This document shows positions 27,818 to 38,349 of a DNA stretch of 64,000 bases, piece by piece. The stretch lies in the IMG/VR virus record IMGVR_UViG_3300021603_000005, positions 32,001 through 96,000 of that record; one strand, 5' to 3'. The stretch's first letter is position 1. The number at the start of each line of letters is the position of its first letter. Below the pieces are notes generated by a model that did no database searches, was not told where the DNA came from, and was given only the letters and a program-made list of their open reading frames with translations. Source of the stretch: a virus. Its lineage: Duplodnaviria; Caudoviricetes. The position numbers and the translations under genes are program-made.

Positions 27818-28575
27818 TGCGATACCATATAATAACATATTGTTCGTCTGGCTATGCCAATTGTCTTAGGTCTACCATTAATAGTTGGTTAGACAATGGG
27901 GAGATGGAACAGATATTGGTTTATTCAGATTCAGCGGTAGATCTTGGTATCAAAGACACGAGAGTCCTTATTAATAACATATTTGCACGACCCAAAATCG
28001 CAAATACGCATTATACAAATAAGGCCATGGCTATTCTAGATGCTATGCAACGCGTCGACAACATTTTAATGCTTGACGCAGATTGTTTGATAGTCAATAC
28101 ACCAAGACAATTTTTTAACAGGAGATTTGATGTAGCCCCAACATTATGGGGGATAGATACAAATCATATTGTAACCGAAAATAGCTTTCGTGGCAAGCGC
28201 AATAGTATGTGGAATGATGTAAGCGCTGGCACATTATTTGTTCACAACACCCCTACCGCAAGACTGTTTATCGAAGAATGGATACGTATTCAAAACGAAT
28301 TAATCGGAGAGAAGCTATTTAGGGGATATGTCTCTAAAAACGTGGATCAAAGAGCGTTAACACAAACTTGTCGTCATGCAATAAGCGCAGACGATACAAC
28401 AGTGATAGCCGCGAATGCCAGGATATTCAATAATTATCCTGAAACGCATTACACAAGGGACGTACTTAAGTGGATAAACAACATGTGTGCAGATACTAAG
28501 ATATTTCATTTAGCTCATGGAATATGGAACAACAGAGAAGTTGTCGATAGTATAGCGAGGATTTATGGCAAATAG
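27814..28575 (+). CDS. GT-A nucleotide-diphospho-sugar transferase
   Basis: K..AI, MLDADC (DxD), SAG..F, DQ.AL, IFHL. Confidence 0.7.
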   Translation: MMRYHIITYCSSGYANCLRSTINSWLDNGEMEQILVYSDSAVDLGIKDTRVLINNIFARPKIANTHYTNKAMAILDAMQRVDNILMLDADCLIVNTPRQFFNRRFDVAPTLWGIDTNHIVTENSFRGKRNSMWNDVSAGTLFVHNTPTARLFIEEWIRIQNELIGEKLFRGYVSKNVDQRALTQTCRHAISADDTTVIAANARIFNNYPETHYTRDVLKWINNMCADTKIFHLAHGIWNNREVVDSIARIYGK

Positions 28576-29503
28576 AATTGCGTGGTCTGAAAGTCGCATT
28601 AAGAAGTTCAGAGAATGTCCATTGGCGTATTGGTTTACGTATTACCTATCGAATAATGGATGGATGCCAAATGCTTCTGAACGGAGTAAACTTGCCTATC
28701 GATTAAAAAAGATTACCAATCTTGCTATGTGGTGCGGAAGCGTTGTTCATAATATCATAGAGTTTGCTATCAAATCGAAGTTGTCGACAGGAACACCTAC
28801 TTCGCCAAGCGATATGAAGTCAAAGACGATTGAGATGTTTAGGGATGGCTGGAAAGAATCTGTCACAAAGGCATGGATGAATAGGCCAAGCAAGGCGGTT
28901 AATCTAGCAGAACACTATTTCAAAACTGGTGTAAGTAATGACCAAGCAGGGATGATAAAGGATAAGGCCATAAAATGCATTGACAACCTGCATATTACTG
29001 CCCATTGGGATAATCTGATGTCTCTGCCAAAGGATGATATCTTTCCAGTAGAACAGTTTGCCACATTTAACCTTGCTGGTGGCGAACCGGTTATGGTTAA
29101 ATTAGACGCTGCCTATAAATACTATGACAGTGTAGTTCTTGTGGATTGGAAAACCGGCAAACCAAACGATTCTATTTCGGAACAAATGATGACATACGCA
29201 ATGTTCGCCCTCAAGTCCGGATGGACTAAGCGAGTTGGCAACATCCTTTTATCACCAGTCTTTCTTGGTGCCGAAAACCACAGGGATGTCGAGACCACAA
29301 TAAAGGTAGATATGGATCGGCTTAAGGCGCAGGCAGATGTCATTAAACGAGAACAGCATATTCTTGACGAAGTAGATTCGTATCGCGATGATGAGTCGCG
29401 GTTCATTGCTACAGGCAACACATACGTATGTGCTAATTGTAACTTTAGAACAATATGTCCAAAGCAGGGGAATGGCACTTGTGCCGAAACGCCATTTGAC
29501 TAA
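28565..29503 (+). CDS. PD-(D/E)XK nuclease (RecB/Cas4-like)
   Basis: WSES...CP, G..VH, VKLD, VDWKTG, Q...Y, CxxCxFxxxC. Confidence 0.88.
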   Translation: MANRIAWSESRIKKFRECPLAYWFTYYLSNNGWMPNASERSKLAYRLKKITNLAMWCGSVVHNIIEFAIKSKLSTGTPTSPSDMKSKTIEMFRDGWKESVTKAWMNRPSKAVNLAEHYFKTGVSNDQAGMIKDKAIKCIDNLHITAHWDNLMSLPKDDIFPVEQFATFNLAGGEPVMVKLDAAYKYYDSVVLVDWKTGKPNDSISEQMMTYAMFALKSGWTKRVGNILLSPVFLGAENHRDVETTIKVDMDRLKAQADVIKREQHILDEVDSYRDDESRFIATGNTYVCANCNFRTICPKQGNGTCAETPFD

Positions 29504-29813
29504 GATAGATATCGCCCGTAAGCCAATAACATTTACTCATTGCGATGAACGGCATGAAGTATTCGCACCATCATGGGATTTACTTAATAGCTATAAAGGC
29601 AACTTCATATCGTGGGAAGAATACGTTGTCAGATATACCGACGAGATGAGAGGCGCTTACGGAAACAACAAGCAGGCGTTTATAGACATGGCAAATCGCC
29701 TAGACCAAGTTGAGTTCGTATGTTGGTGTTGCAAAACATCCACCAAGCAGTGTCATCGTTTTCTCTTGCGTAGTTTTCTGGAGAAAGTTAGATTATGTCT
29801 AAAACAGCAGTAA
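29472..29813 (+). CDS. DUF488-like protein
   Basis: FAPSWDLL, WEEY..RY..EM, CWC, CHR. Confidence 0.7.
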   Translation: MALVPKRHLTKIDIARKPITFTHCDERHEVFAPSWDLLNSYKGNFISWEEYVVRYTDEMRGAYGNNKQAFIDMANRLDQVEFVCWCCKTSTKQCHRFLLRSFLEKVRLCLKQQ

Positions 29814-30196
29814 TGTATTTTGATGGTGGTGTGCGAGACGACAAAATAGCCATGGGGTTTGTTGTTTACCATGTTGACGATAGGTCCAGGGTTTGGTTTG
29901 AGGATTACGGAAGGTGCGGGACTGGAACCAGCAATATGGCGGAATACAGGGGGTTAATTTCTGGCTTGACTGCATGCCTAAAGAACCGCATTGATGTAGT
30001 ATATATTCTCAGCGACAGCCAACTAGTCACTAATCAGGTGAATCAGGTATGGAAAGTCAGAAATGATACGCTACGAAAACATCGAAATAAGGCGCTAGAA
30101 TTATTGTCGCAGTTCAAGGAATGGAATATATCGTGGGTTCCAAGGGAAAAAAATACGCATGCGGATGGGCTGGTAAAACTAGCATTTGGAGGATAA
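29795..30196 (+). CDS. rnhA: ribonuclease HI
   Basis: YFDGG, NMAEY.GL, SDSQLV, WVPREKN..AD.L. Confidence 0.9.
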   Translation: MSKTAVMYFDGGVRDDKIAMGFVVYHVDDRSRVWFEDYGRCGTGTSNMAEYRGLISGLTACLKNRIDVVYILSDSQLVTNQVNQVWKVRNDTLRKHRNKALELLSQFKEWNISWVPREKNTHADGLVKLAFGG

Positions 30197-30199
30197 AAC

Positions 30200-30751
30200 A
30201 TGCTTAGGATAGTATTAACAACAATTGTTTTTATGACCCTGATCTGTACGAGTTTTTCTTGTGTGGATGCTGATGCGAAAGTTGGTGTTGTCGGCGAACA
30301 GCTAACAAGAATTGTCGACCAAAATGCGTCGATTAGTAATAAGCTAAATAACATCGACGAGCTAACACAATCTTTCAGGCAACAACTTGTTGATAAAATG
30401 GACATTATGCATAAGGAAATAAGTGCCGAAACCATCAATTATGGAGGCGCTGGATGGGTCGTGTTGGGGGCCACCGCCGTCGTTATCGTCTTTCTGCTAG
30501 CTGGGGTTGGTGTTGTGTTCATCTTTGTTCGTAATTCGTTGAAGCTAAAGGGATTACTGACGCTTGTAACCTCTGCTATACAAAGTAGTCCAAGTTATGT
30601 TTGCAACAAGGTAAAGGCAGAAATCGAAAAACAAACTGAAAACGGTGGTCCGTTTGGGCTGAAGGACAAGAAAATGTTGCGTGAGTTCACTGAAAGGGCA
30701 GGAACCTTTGCTGCCAAGACAAAAATCGAGCAGCCAAGCAGTATACTGTAG
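30200..30751 (+). CDS. membrane protein with coiled coil
   Basis: N-terminal signal/TM and a central TM segment. Confidence 0.7.
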   Translation: MLRIVLTTIVFMTLICTSFSCVDADAKVGVVGEQLTRIVDQNASISNKLNNIDELTQSFRQQLVDKMDIMHKEISAETINYGGAGWVVLGATAVVIVFLLAGVGVVFIFVRNSLKLKGLLTLVTSAIQSSPSYVCNKVKAEIEKQTENGGPFGLKDKKMLREFTERAGTFAAKTKIEQPSSIL

Positions 30752-30760
30752 GGGGACGTA

Positions 30761-31072
30761 ATGCCAACATACCAATACGTTTGCGATAACTGTGGCCATG
30801 AAACAGAGATACGACAAAGTATAAAGGACGATGCTATTACGCGTTGCGATCAATGCAAGACGGAAAATCTCAGGAGGATTATTAGTGGCGGCATTATTGC
30901 GATAGTTAAGAATACGGCCAACCCAGTGGCATTAAACAAAAATGAGGGTGTCGCCGATAAACAGAGCAAAAAACGGAAGAAACTCGCTAGGCCATGGTGG
31001 CGCAATAGCGATAAGGTTAATACAAAGATACTGAAAAATCCAAGGCGATACATTGAGACTGGAGTGACATGA
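30761..31072 (+). CDS. FmdB-family zinc-ribbon protein
   Basis: MPTYQYVCDNCGH...CDQC....RRIIS. Confidence 0.88.
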   Translation: MPTYQYVCDNCGHETEIRQSIKDDAITRCDQCKTENLRRIISGGIIAIVKNTANPVALNKNEGVADKQSKKRKKLARPWWRNSDKVNTKILKNPRRYIETGVT

Positions 31073-31362
31073 TGCGGGTTAATGTAACAAATGGTGTTCC
31101 GGAAAATCAAATTAACAAAGTCGCAACTGTTGTTGTCAAATGTTTGAATTGCAATAAGTCATTGTTCGACATAATTGTAATAGACGAAGATTCTTCGTCG
31201 TGCAAAATTGTTGGTAGATGTGGATTCTGTGGCGGTTCTTCTATCAAACATGTCATTAACGGCAGGTTTTATATTGGATCTTGTGACAGTAACATTGACC
31301 TGGACGTATTAGATGAATTAGATAACGATACACGGGTAGTTCTGGCCAAAAGGAGCGCGTAA
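31069..31362 (+). CDS. zinc-ribbon hypothetical protein
   Basis: CLNC, CGFC. Confidence 0.65.
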   Translation: MMRVNVTNGVPENQINKVATVVVKCLNCNKSLFDIIVIDEDSSSCKIVGRCGFCGGSSIKHVINGRFYIGSCDSNIDLDVLDELDNDTRVVLAKRSA

Positions 31363-31652
31363 TGATTTTCGTAACACGAGATGGTGTGCCTCGCCGATCA
31401 CCCCCTACATCAGAAACCGTATTTGCAAAAGCCGGAACAGACGGTGTATGTTATGTGCTATGTTCTGTCGACGGACGACTTTTTAATCCATTTACAATGA
31501 ATAATGTTAATAAGCAGGACAGAGAGCGAGGCGAGCCAATGTTTAAGCTTAGAAAGTGTAGTCAAAAATGTTACCAATATTATGTAACATTCCTAAGAAC
31601 AAAAAACCACACGCATTTCGTCATAGCAGAAAGAGAGGCTGTTAATGGATAG
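31362..31652 (+). CDS. hypothetical protein
   Basis: Coupled ORF, 96 aa. Confidence 0.7.
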   Translation: MIFVTRDGVPRRSPPTSETVFAKAGTDGVCYVLCSVDGRLFNPFTMNNVNKQDRERGEPMFKLRKCSQKCYQYYVTFLRTKNHTHFVIAEREAVNG

Positions 31653-31929
31653 TCCAAAAGAAGTCATCGTTGCCCAACTACATAAGTTTCTTGAAGATTC
31701 AAATGTAAACTTATCTAGAAAAACTTCTAAAAATAGGGTAGAATTTATCGATACCGTTATGGGATACATTAATAGGCTAGTGTCAAATAACGACATAGAT
31801 TCCAAAAACAAAGACAGGGTTGTTCGTTTTACGGGTAAGGTGCCATTGACTGCGACTGTGGCCAAGGGTGTTGTGGTTATGACCAAACAGATGTCTCAAC
31901 ACGGAGAAAATATCAGTGGTTGCATTTGA
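31645..31929 (+). CDS. hypothetical protein
   Basis: GAGG RBS, coupled. Confidence 0.65.
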   Translation: MDSPKEVIVAQLHKFLEDSNVNLSRKTSKNRVEFIDTVMGYINRLVSNNDIDSKNKDRVVRFTGKVPLTATVAKGVVVMTKQMSQHGENISGCI

Positions 31930-32326
31930 GGTAAATGAATATACTCCAAATTTAAGATTTTTGGCATCGCTATCAGATGGTCGTACAGTTATCCAAGACG
32001 ATTTATCAGGACAACCACACGCATGGCATAGACTAAAACAATTCTTAACGGACCATAAAGATATCAAGATAACAATGCTGCGTTTACAACTAGTAGAAGG
32101 TGGTCATGTAAGGGAATGGAGCACACCACCGAAACAATCTGGATACATATATGGATTTAAAGGCCAAGCAGTTTTTGGCGCGGCAGAGTCTCATGCTGTT
32201 GGAATTGGATATTACGACGGAGTTACATGTCTTATTAATTGGATTAAGTTGCCCGATATGCGACAGAGTTATTATGAAGAACAAACCAAAGAAAAGTGTG
32301 GGTTTAAGTTAATAGAAAATGGATAA
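31916..32326 (+). CDS. hypothetical protein
   Basis: ASLSDGRTV...AW.RLK; coupled. Confidence 0.7.
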   Translation: MVAFEVNEYTPNLRFLASLSDGRTVIQDDLSGQPHAWHRLKQFLTDHKDIKITMLRLQLVEGGHVREWSTPPKQSGYIYGFKGQAVFGAAESHAVGIGYYDGVTCLINWIKLPDMRQSYYEEQTKEKCGFKLIENG

Positions 32327-32819
32327 ACCATTCACTTCCCCAACTACTCCTGGGCTCTCGGTCTCATTAGCAGACTATGTTGTAGAACTGGTCTGTCTAA
32401 ATATGGACAGAAATTTGCCACAAAGATTTTGGAGAGATAGTAAATATTGGGGCAAAAAATATAGCAGGGAAAGAATGGGGTTTAGTAAGTTCGCCAAACT
32501 ATACGATAACATAGATGACCCAACTATGCAAACGGCCATCATAAACGCGGTTAAAATACTTGGTAACAAATCGTTGTTAGTAGAAAAGACACTACTGGCA
32601 CTAGATAGAATTACAAGAAAACAGTATGATAGGCTAATGGCAGAAAAAACTTCTCTTGTAAATGATTGTCCAGAAACAAAGTGTGATGTCGAGTACATGC
32701 GAACAAATATGACGATTACAAATATAGATACAGATAGTAATAACAAACTAAACAGAATACTGGAGATTGAACAAAGTGGCAAAAAAGAAACCCGACCAGA
32801 CTGCCAACAAAACATTTGA
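32319..32819 (+). CDS. hypothetical protein
   Basis: Coupled ORF upstream of recA. Confidence 0.7.
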   Translation: MDKPFTSPTTPGLSVSLADYVVELVCLNMDRNLPQRFWRDSKYWGKKYSRERMGFSKFAKLYDNIDDPTMQTAIINAVKILGNKSLLVEKTLLALDRITRKQYDRLMAEKTSLVNDCPETKCDVEYMRTNMTITNIDTDSNNKLNRILEIEQSGKKETRPDCQQNI

Positions 32820-33804
32820 TTCCATCATCGACGACATGTTTGGCAAGGGGCTTGTTATCCAGGCTGATGTTCTTGTTGATCGACCACGGAAAATATTGTC
32901 AACAACATTATCGCTAGACATAGCATTAAGCGGTGGCATTCCAGAAGGTAAGGTCGTATTTCTTTCTGGAAAACCAAAGGCTGGGAAAACCACGTTATGT
33001 CTACATATTCTAAGCAACGCCATAAAGGCAAACAGAAAAGCAATTTATTTTGATATAGAGCGCAGATGTGATCCGGCACTTATCAAAACCATACGAGATC
33101 TAGATTCGTCGAAACTGACTATAGTCAGATCTAATATGGAAAAGGTGCTGAGTGCAGAAGAATGGTTACAATCCATAGAGCGAGCAATTAAAGACGAACC
33201 CGGTTCGGTAATAGTAATAGATAGCCTAGCTATGTTATCAACATTATCCGAGCAGTCAGAACTGACTGGCGAAAATCACGACATGGCTGGTGTCCCCAAA
33301 TTACTAGCGTCATTTTTTAGAAAGGTAAAAGATTACGTCGACATCAACAACAATATCGTTGTCTTTTTATCTCAGTATCAAACAAACAGAGATCGCGGAA
33401 GCAACAAGAAGTTCAATGAGAAGGGCGGAATGGGTATCCAGTACGCCTGTTCTGTTTGGATAAACGTAGATTGGTTTAAATTGTGGGATAGAGACAGTAG
33501 CGGTTCTGTACTTGGCCAAGACATATGTTGCACCATTAGGGCGTCGGCGCTTGGTAGGCCATTTATTCCATGTAGTATACCATTGCGATTTGGTTTTGGT
33601 ATTGACACAGAAGTAGACATAATGACGCACGCAGAAAACCTTGGTTTGATAGAAAAGGCTGGTTCTTGGTATACGATTCCATCATTGACAGAGGATAAGT
33701 TCCAGGGACTTGAAAACTTGAGAAACTTCCTAGTCTCCAATCGCGATATAGCCAACAAATTAGAACAAGATATTCGTTCAACGGTTTTGTGTAATGCTAG
33801 TTAA
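32776..33804 (+). CDS. recA: RecA/UvsX-like recombinase
   Basis: SLDIALSGGIPEG, GKPKAGKTT, FDIE, VIDSLA, GGMG..Y, AGSWY. Confidence 0.92.
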   Translation: MAKKKPDQTANKTFDSIIDDMFGKGLVIQADVLVDRPRKILSTTLSLDIALSGGIPEGKVVFLSGKPKAGKTTLCLHILSNAIKANRKAIYFDIERRCDPALIKTIRDLDSSKLTIVRSNMEKVLSAEEWLQSIERAIKDEPGSVIVIDSLAMLSTLSEQSELTGENHDMAGVPKLLASFFRKVKDYVDINNNIVVFLSQYQTNRDRGSNKKFNEKGGMGIQYACSVWINVDWFKLWDRDSSGSVLGQDICCTIRASALGRPFIPCSIPLRFGFGIDTEVDIMTHAENLGLIEKAGSWYTIPSLTEDKFQGLENLRNFLVSNRDIANKLEQDIRSTVLCNAS

Positions 33805-34183
33805 ATTACTCAATGGAACAGTCCAAAAAATTGATCTGAAAAAATATGCCATGAAAGGTACGTCCAAATCGAATTTCCAATCAAGCATTGGAGACATATT
33901 AAAAGGCCACTATCCTATGGACGTTATATTAGAAGAAGTTTATATTCGTGGCGAAAAACTTGTTTTAGATTTCTTTATTCCATCTAGAAAATTGGCCATT
34001 GAGTGTAACGGCATTCAACATAATAAGTTCGTAAAATTTTTTCACGAAACGCTCAGAGGGTTCCATAATCAGCAAGACAGAGATGTGCGTAAAAGAGAGT
34101 GGTGTAGACTAAACAATATAAGACTTATTGAGATAGACGCAACAATGTCGTCAAGTGAAATAGTTTGTTTGTTAGGAAGTTAA
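33794..34183 (+). CDS. DUF559/Vsr-like endonuclease
   Basis: LDFFIP...IECNGIQH, RD..K..WC..N.I.LI.I. Confidence 0.8.
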   Translation: MLVKLLNGTVQKIDLKKYAMKGTSKSNFQSSIGDILKGHYPMDVILEEVYIRGEKLVLDFFIPSRKLAIECNGIQHNKFVKFFHETLRGFHNQQDRDVRKREWCRLNNIRLIEIDATMSSSEIVCLLGS

Positions 34184-34184
34184 T

Positions 34185-34592
34185 ATGCTAAAAGAGAATG
34201 TGGCGTCGTTAGAAACAATGCTGTCTACATGGGAAAAAAATATCAACCTTCCCATTGCTGAACCGGATTCTGATACAATTAACGGAGTAATCAATATTGG
34301 TCGCGATAGATTGGCCGAGATGACTGGACGAGAAGCGGCAGAGTACGCTTTTATAGTTTCTGTATTAGCGATGAGTATTCAGCACAAGTACAATCAATGC
34401 AAAACGCTTATCGGATGGTGTAACGCCAATAGGAACAGTTTCTTTGGAGACGATAAATCAAAATTGCACAGTATGAAACAGAACGTTGAATTGAAAATGT
34501 CTCGCATAGAATTCATGGCGAAAAGATTAGAGTTCATATCACAATGCTTAATGTCTGTTCAAAGAAGTAGGTTTGGGGAGGCTGCGAAATGA
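34185..34592 (+). CDS. helical hypothetical protein
   Basis: 135 aa within replication operon. Confidence 0.7.
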   Translation: MLKENVASLETMLSTWEKNINLPIAEPDSDTINGVINIGRDRLAEMTGREAAEYAFIVSVLAMSIQHKYNQCKTLIGWCNANRNSFFGDDKSKLHSMKQNVELKMSRIEFMAKRLEFISQCLMSVQRSRFGEAAK

Positions 34593-35083
34593 CGCCAATA
34601 GAAACGATTAAGACTGGAATAGTTAGTGGAAACTGGCAACGTGTTTGCGAAGGATTCAAGATGTTAACTGGAGAAGATTTGAAACCACCAGATACTGGTA
34701 GCGATAAGAATTTGCTACTACAACTTAGACGCCAAATCGATGACATGCTAGGTGTCAATATTAATCAAGACCAGCCACAAATGAATAATAATGAAATTGA
34801 TATTGACGACGTAGAACCCGTATCTATATCCGGTAACAAAGATACGCTTTACGGGAAAATGACACTAATGACAAACCCAGATATAGACCCCGCTGAAGTA
34901 GAGTCTAATCAAAAGAAAAGCGTCGGGTCCGCAAAACGAAAACAACAGAATAAAAGGAAGGGTAATGTGGTGTACAAGGCCACTTGTAGTGTCTGCAATG
35001 CGGAATTCGAATCTATCCACCGACTATCATCCGAAATAGGTCAACGATGTCCAAAGTGTCTTAGGGATACTCGCCCAGACTAA
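34589..35083 (+). CDS. hypothetical protein with C-terminal zinc ribbon
   Basis: CSVC...CPKC. Confidence 0.7.
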   Translation: MTPIETIKTGIVSGNWQRVCEGFKMLTGEDLKPPDTGSDKNLLLQLRRQIDDMLGVNINQDQPQMNNNEIDIDDVEPVSISGNKDTLYGKMTLMTNPDIDPAEVESNQKKSVGSAKRKQQNKRKGNVVYKATCSVCNAEFESIHRLSSEIGQRCPKCLRDTRPD

Positions 35084-35085
35084 AC

Positions 35086-36522
35086 ATGAAAAAAAATACA
35101 TGCCTTAATGATATCGGAGCAGAGCGAGTTGTGCTTGCTGGGATTTTGTCGAATGGCGCTGACGCCCTTATCGACATAGAAGAACTACTATCGCCATCAG
35201 ATTTCTATGGTCCACATCATGCGAAACTTTTCACAGTTCTAAAAACACTGGTGCATGACAAGGATATAAAAGAATTCGATACGCCAACAATTGTTTCTAT
35301 GTCACGGAGCATGGGATTCGATAACATAATCGGCACCAACAAAGACGAGGAATATATAGGAAGTCTCTTTGCAGAAAGCGTCGGCATAGAAAGTGCGAGA
35401 TCGTTAGCTTCAGTTGTTTTCAAACTAAGTGTTTGTCGTCAAGCCTATCTATGTCTTAGGCATATTCAAAAGGATATGGAAAAGATTACTGGCAACGAAG
35501 ATATCTTGTCCATTTTTTCCATGATTGAAGATCCAATCTTTGGTTTCACGGCAAAACTAGCATCAAAGGATAATGCGTTAGTGCATATTGGCAGAGATAT
35601 CAAAGATATGTTCGATGCGTTGTCTGATAACCCAAAGGATATCATAGGCTTACCATCCGGTTTCCAGTTATTTGATCAGGCTATCGGTGGCGGATTGCGA
35701 CCGGGCGGGGTAACAGTTGTCGGCGCTAGACCCAAAATCGGTAAATCGTTTTTCTGTCTTAATGTTGCTAATAATGTGGCCAAATATGGTGTCCCGGTTT
35801 TATACCTAGACACTGAGTTGCCGCGCAAGTGGCAGATGATGAGATTGGCATCATTGCTAAGTAAAGTTTCGTTAAATCGTATAGAGACTGGACAGTTCAG
35901 CGAACTACAAGAAGAACGTATCGCTGTTTACGATACTAAGGAAGCAATCGACAATTTACCTTTGACCCACTGCTCTGTTGCTGGACAATCTATTAGGGGG
36001 ATATTATCAATTGTTCGTAGATGGTTGGCCAAAAATGTTGGATTTACCCCGTCTGGAAAAGCAAAGCCATGCGTTGTTATATACGATTACCTCAAACTTA
36101 TGGATCAGTCAGACGTAAAGAATAATTTAGCAGAATATCAGCTTCTTGGTTTTCTGCTAACGGAGATGCACAATTTTGCCCTCAAATATGATCTACCGAT
36201 ATTAGCAACTGTGCAATTAAATAGGGATGGTGGCGATAGAGAAGAGGGCAATGTCATATCCGGCTCAGATAGAATATTGTGGCTAGCATCTAGTTTTACT
36301 ATTCTCAAAAAGAAAAGCCAAGAAGAACTAAACGAAGACCCACCATCAAATGGTGATAGGAAATTGGTAATAACGGATACTAGATTTGGTAAGGGCATGC
36401 ATCCCGGAGATTACATCAATGTAAAATCAGATTTCTCAATCGCGCAAATGTTAGAAGGACAGGCATATTCACAAACATTAAAAGAGCAAATGCCAATGTC
36501 GCTAATGCAGGACGTAGATTAA
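35086..36522 (+). CDS. dnaB: DnaB-like replicative helicase
   Basis: AERVVLAG, GARPKIGKS, YLDTE, YDYLKL, QLNR, SGSD. Confidence 0.92.
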   Translation: MKKNTCLNDIGAERVVLAGILSNGADALIDIEELLSPSDFYGPHHAKLFTVLKTLVHDKDIKEFDTPTIVSMSRSMGFDNIIGTNKDEEYIGSLFAESVGIESARSLASVVFKLSVCRQAYLCLRHIQKDMEKITGNEDILSIFSMIEDPIFGFTAKLASKDNALVHIGRDIKDMFDALSDNPKDIIGLPSGFQLFDQAIGGGLRPGGVTVVGARPKIGKSFFCLNVANNVAKYGVPVLYLDTELPRKWQMMRLASLLSKVSLNRIETGQFSELQEERIAVYDTKEAIDNLPLTHCSVAGQSIRGILSIVRRWLAKNVGFTPSGKAKPCVVIYDYLKLMDQSDVKNNLAEYQLLGFLLTEMHNFALKYDLPILATVQLNRDGGDREEGNVISGSDRILWLASSFTILKKKSQEELNEDPPSNGDRKLVITDTRFGKGMHPGDYINVKSDFSIAQMLEGQAYSQTLKEQMPMSLMQDVD

Positions 36523-37622
36523 TGGATATCGACTTTATTCAAGATCGGGCATGTGAACGCATAAGAGAGATACTTGATGCCCTTGGTGTTGAGTATACAG
36601 AAAGGATGGATTATTTACAAGGCAAGTGTCCAATTCACAACGGAGATAATGATAGGGCGTGGTTCTGGGCATTCACATCTAGGCATTGGAAGTGTATGAC
36701 TAAGCACTGTGAGGAACTTGAATCGACAGGAAGATCCACGAGTATTTTTGGGTTAGTGAGGGGAATACTATACAGCCGAACAAATAAGAAATACAGTTTC
36801 CGTCAGGCTGTTGATTTTTGTGCCAAGGTGCTTGGGTTAGACAATTCTAAAATTGATCCCAAGACCGAGGAAGAAGTTATAATTGATAGTGCAATACGCG
36901 CATACAGGAAAAAGATACAGAGTAATCCAAGCAAGCATATGATGCCATTGTCCGAGGCGCTACGGTACATGAAACCAGATACGACATACTATCCGACAAG
37001 GGGTATTACCGACGAAATCATCTCAAAATATCATATATCATATTGTGATAAGCCCGATAAAAAATTCTATAATAGAGCATATATTCCAGTTCTTGATGAG
37101 ACCGGTCGATATGTAATGGGTTGGACATCTCGTAGTATCTGGGAAAAATGTACGCAATGTGGCAGATATCATGATCCGGCAAAAATATGCCCCAAAGACA
37201 AAAATAATTTTAGGTACGCGAAATGGTGTCATTCTGTCGATTTTAAGGCTGAATCGTTGGTATATAATATATGGTACGCAAAGCCTTTTATTAAGAAAAC
37301 AAAAACCGCCATTATCTGCGAAGGGCCTGGGGATGTATGGGGATACGAAATGGCCGGTATTCATAACGCGATTGCTATTTTTGGCCTTAACATGTCGCCA
37401 AAGCAGAGACAGTTATTGCAAAATGCGGGTGCGTTGACTTTGATATTAACACTAGATAATGATGACAGCGCTGTTGAAGCACAGCAAAGACTAAGGTCTA
37501 GTCTGGAACTATATTTCAGGGTCTTTTGTATAACACCAACGGCTAAAGATATTGGGAGTATGAGTGCTACTGACATATTAAGTGAGATTAAACCACAAAT
37601 AGATAAATGTTTGCGAGGATAA
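36522..37622 (+). CDS. dnaG: DNA primase (CHC2 zinc finger + TOPRIM)
   Basis: CPIH.GDN, W.C...C, ICEGPGD, LDNDD, KDIG. Confidence 0.88.
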   Translation: MDIDFIQDRACERIREILDALGVEYTERMDYLQGKCPIHNGDNDRAWFWAFTSRHWKCMTKHCEELESTGRSTSIFGLVRGILYSRTNKKYSFRQAVDFCAKVLGLDNSKIDPKTEEEVIIDSAIRAYRKKIQSNPSKHMMPLSEALRYMKPDTTYYPTRGITDEIISKYHISYCDKPDKKFYNRAYIPVLDETGRYVMGWTSRSIWEKCTQCGRYHDPAKICPKDKNNFRYAKWCHSVDFKAESLVYNIWYAKPFIKKTKTAIICEGPGDVWGYEMAGIHNAIAIFGLNMSPKQRQLLQNAGALTLILTLDNDDSAVEAQQRLRSSLELYFRVFCITPTAKDIGSMSATDILSEIKPQIDKCLRG

Positions 37623-37623
37623 A

Positions 37624-38349
37624 ATGATAGTCTGTTTCTCAGGAAAAAAACGTAGCGGCAAAAATACGGCAGCAAATTATCTTATTGGCAAATACCTGAA
37701 ATCAACAAAACAAATTGAGGATTTCTTAATTAATAAAAATGGGGAATTGGTGTATTTTATAGGTGATCAAGTTGGATTAGTAAAAGAAGGATGTTTATAT
37801 GATCATGCTTTTGATGGGGTAAAACAATATAGTTTTGCAGATGTGTTGAAAGACTTTTGTATGAAATGTTTCGGTTTGACATATCAACAATGCTATGGAA
37901 CAGAGTTGCAAAAAAATTCAACGACCTCTATCAAATGGTGTGATATGCCAATTTCGTGTCCATCTCACAAATACATGACAGCAAGAGAAGTTCTTCAATT
38001 TTTCGGAACAAACGTTGTTCGTCATATCAAGAATGATGCATGGGTGCAAGCCACTGTAAAAACAATTAATGACGATGCACGCAAGACTGGGGATGCCAAA
38101 ATATGTCTAGCTATTATCACAGACGCCAGATTTCCAAATGAGCTAGAGGCTGTAACAAATGTTGGTGGAAAAACAGTTCGTCTGTTGCGCAATGTAGCTG
38201 GACTAGATTGTCACCCATCCGAAGTAGCCCTCGATACATATCCTATGGAGAATTATTCTTTAGTTGTTGATAACTCCAACATGAACATACAAGAACAAAA
38301 TATGGCCATTGATGCATTTTGTGACGAGGTTATAAATGAATGTGTCTAA
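37624..38349 (+). CDS. deoxynucleoside monophosphate kinase (T4 gp1-like)
   Basis: SGKKRSGK, SFAD.LK, R..LQ..GT, ITDARFPNE, HPSE. Confidence 0.88.
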   Translation: MIVCFSGKKRSGKNTAANYLIGKYLKSTKQIEDFLINKNGELVYFIGDQVGLVKEGCLYDHAFDGVKQYSFADVLKDFCMKCFGLTYQQCYGTELQKNSTTSIKWCDMPISCPSHKYMTAREVLQFFGTNVVRHIKNDAWVQATVKTINDDARKTGDAKICLAIITDARFPNELEAVTNVGGKTVRLLRNVAGLDCHPSEVALDTYPMENYSLVVDNSNMNIQEQNMAIDAFCDEVINECV

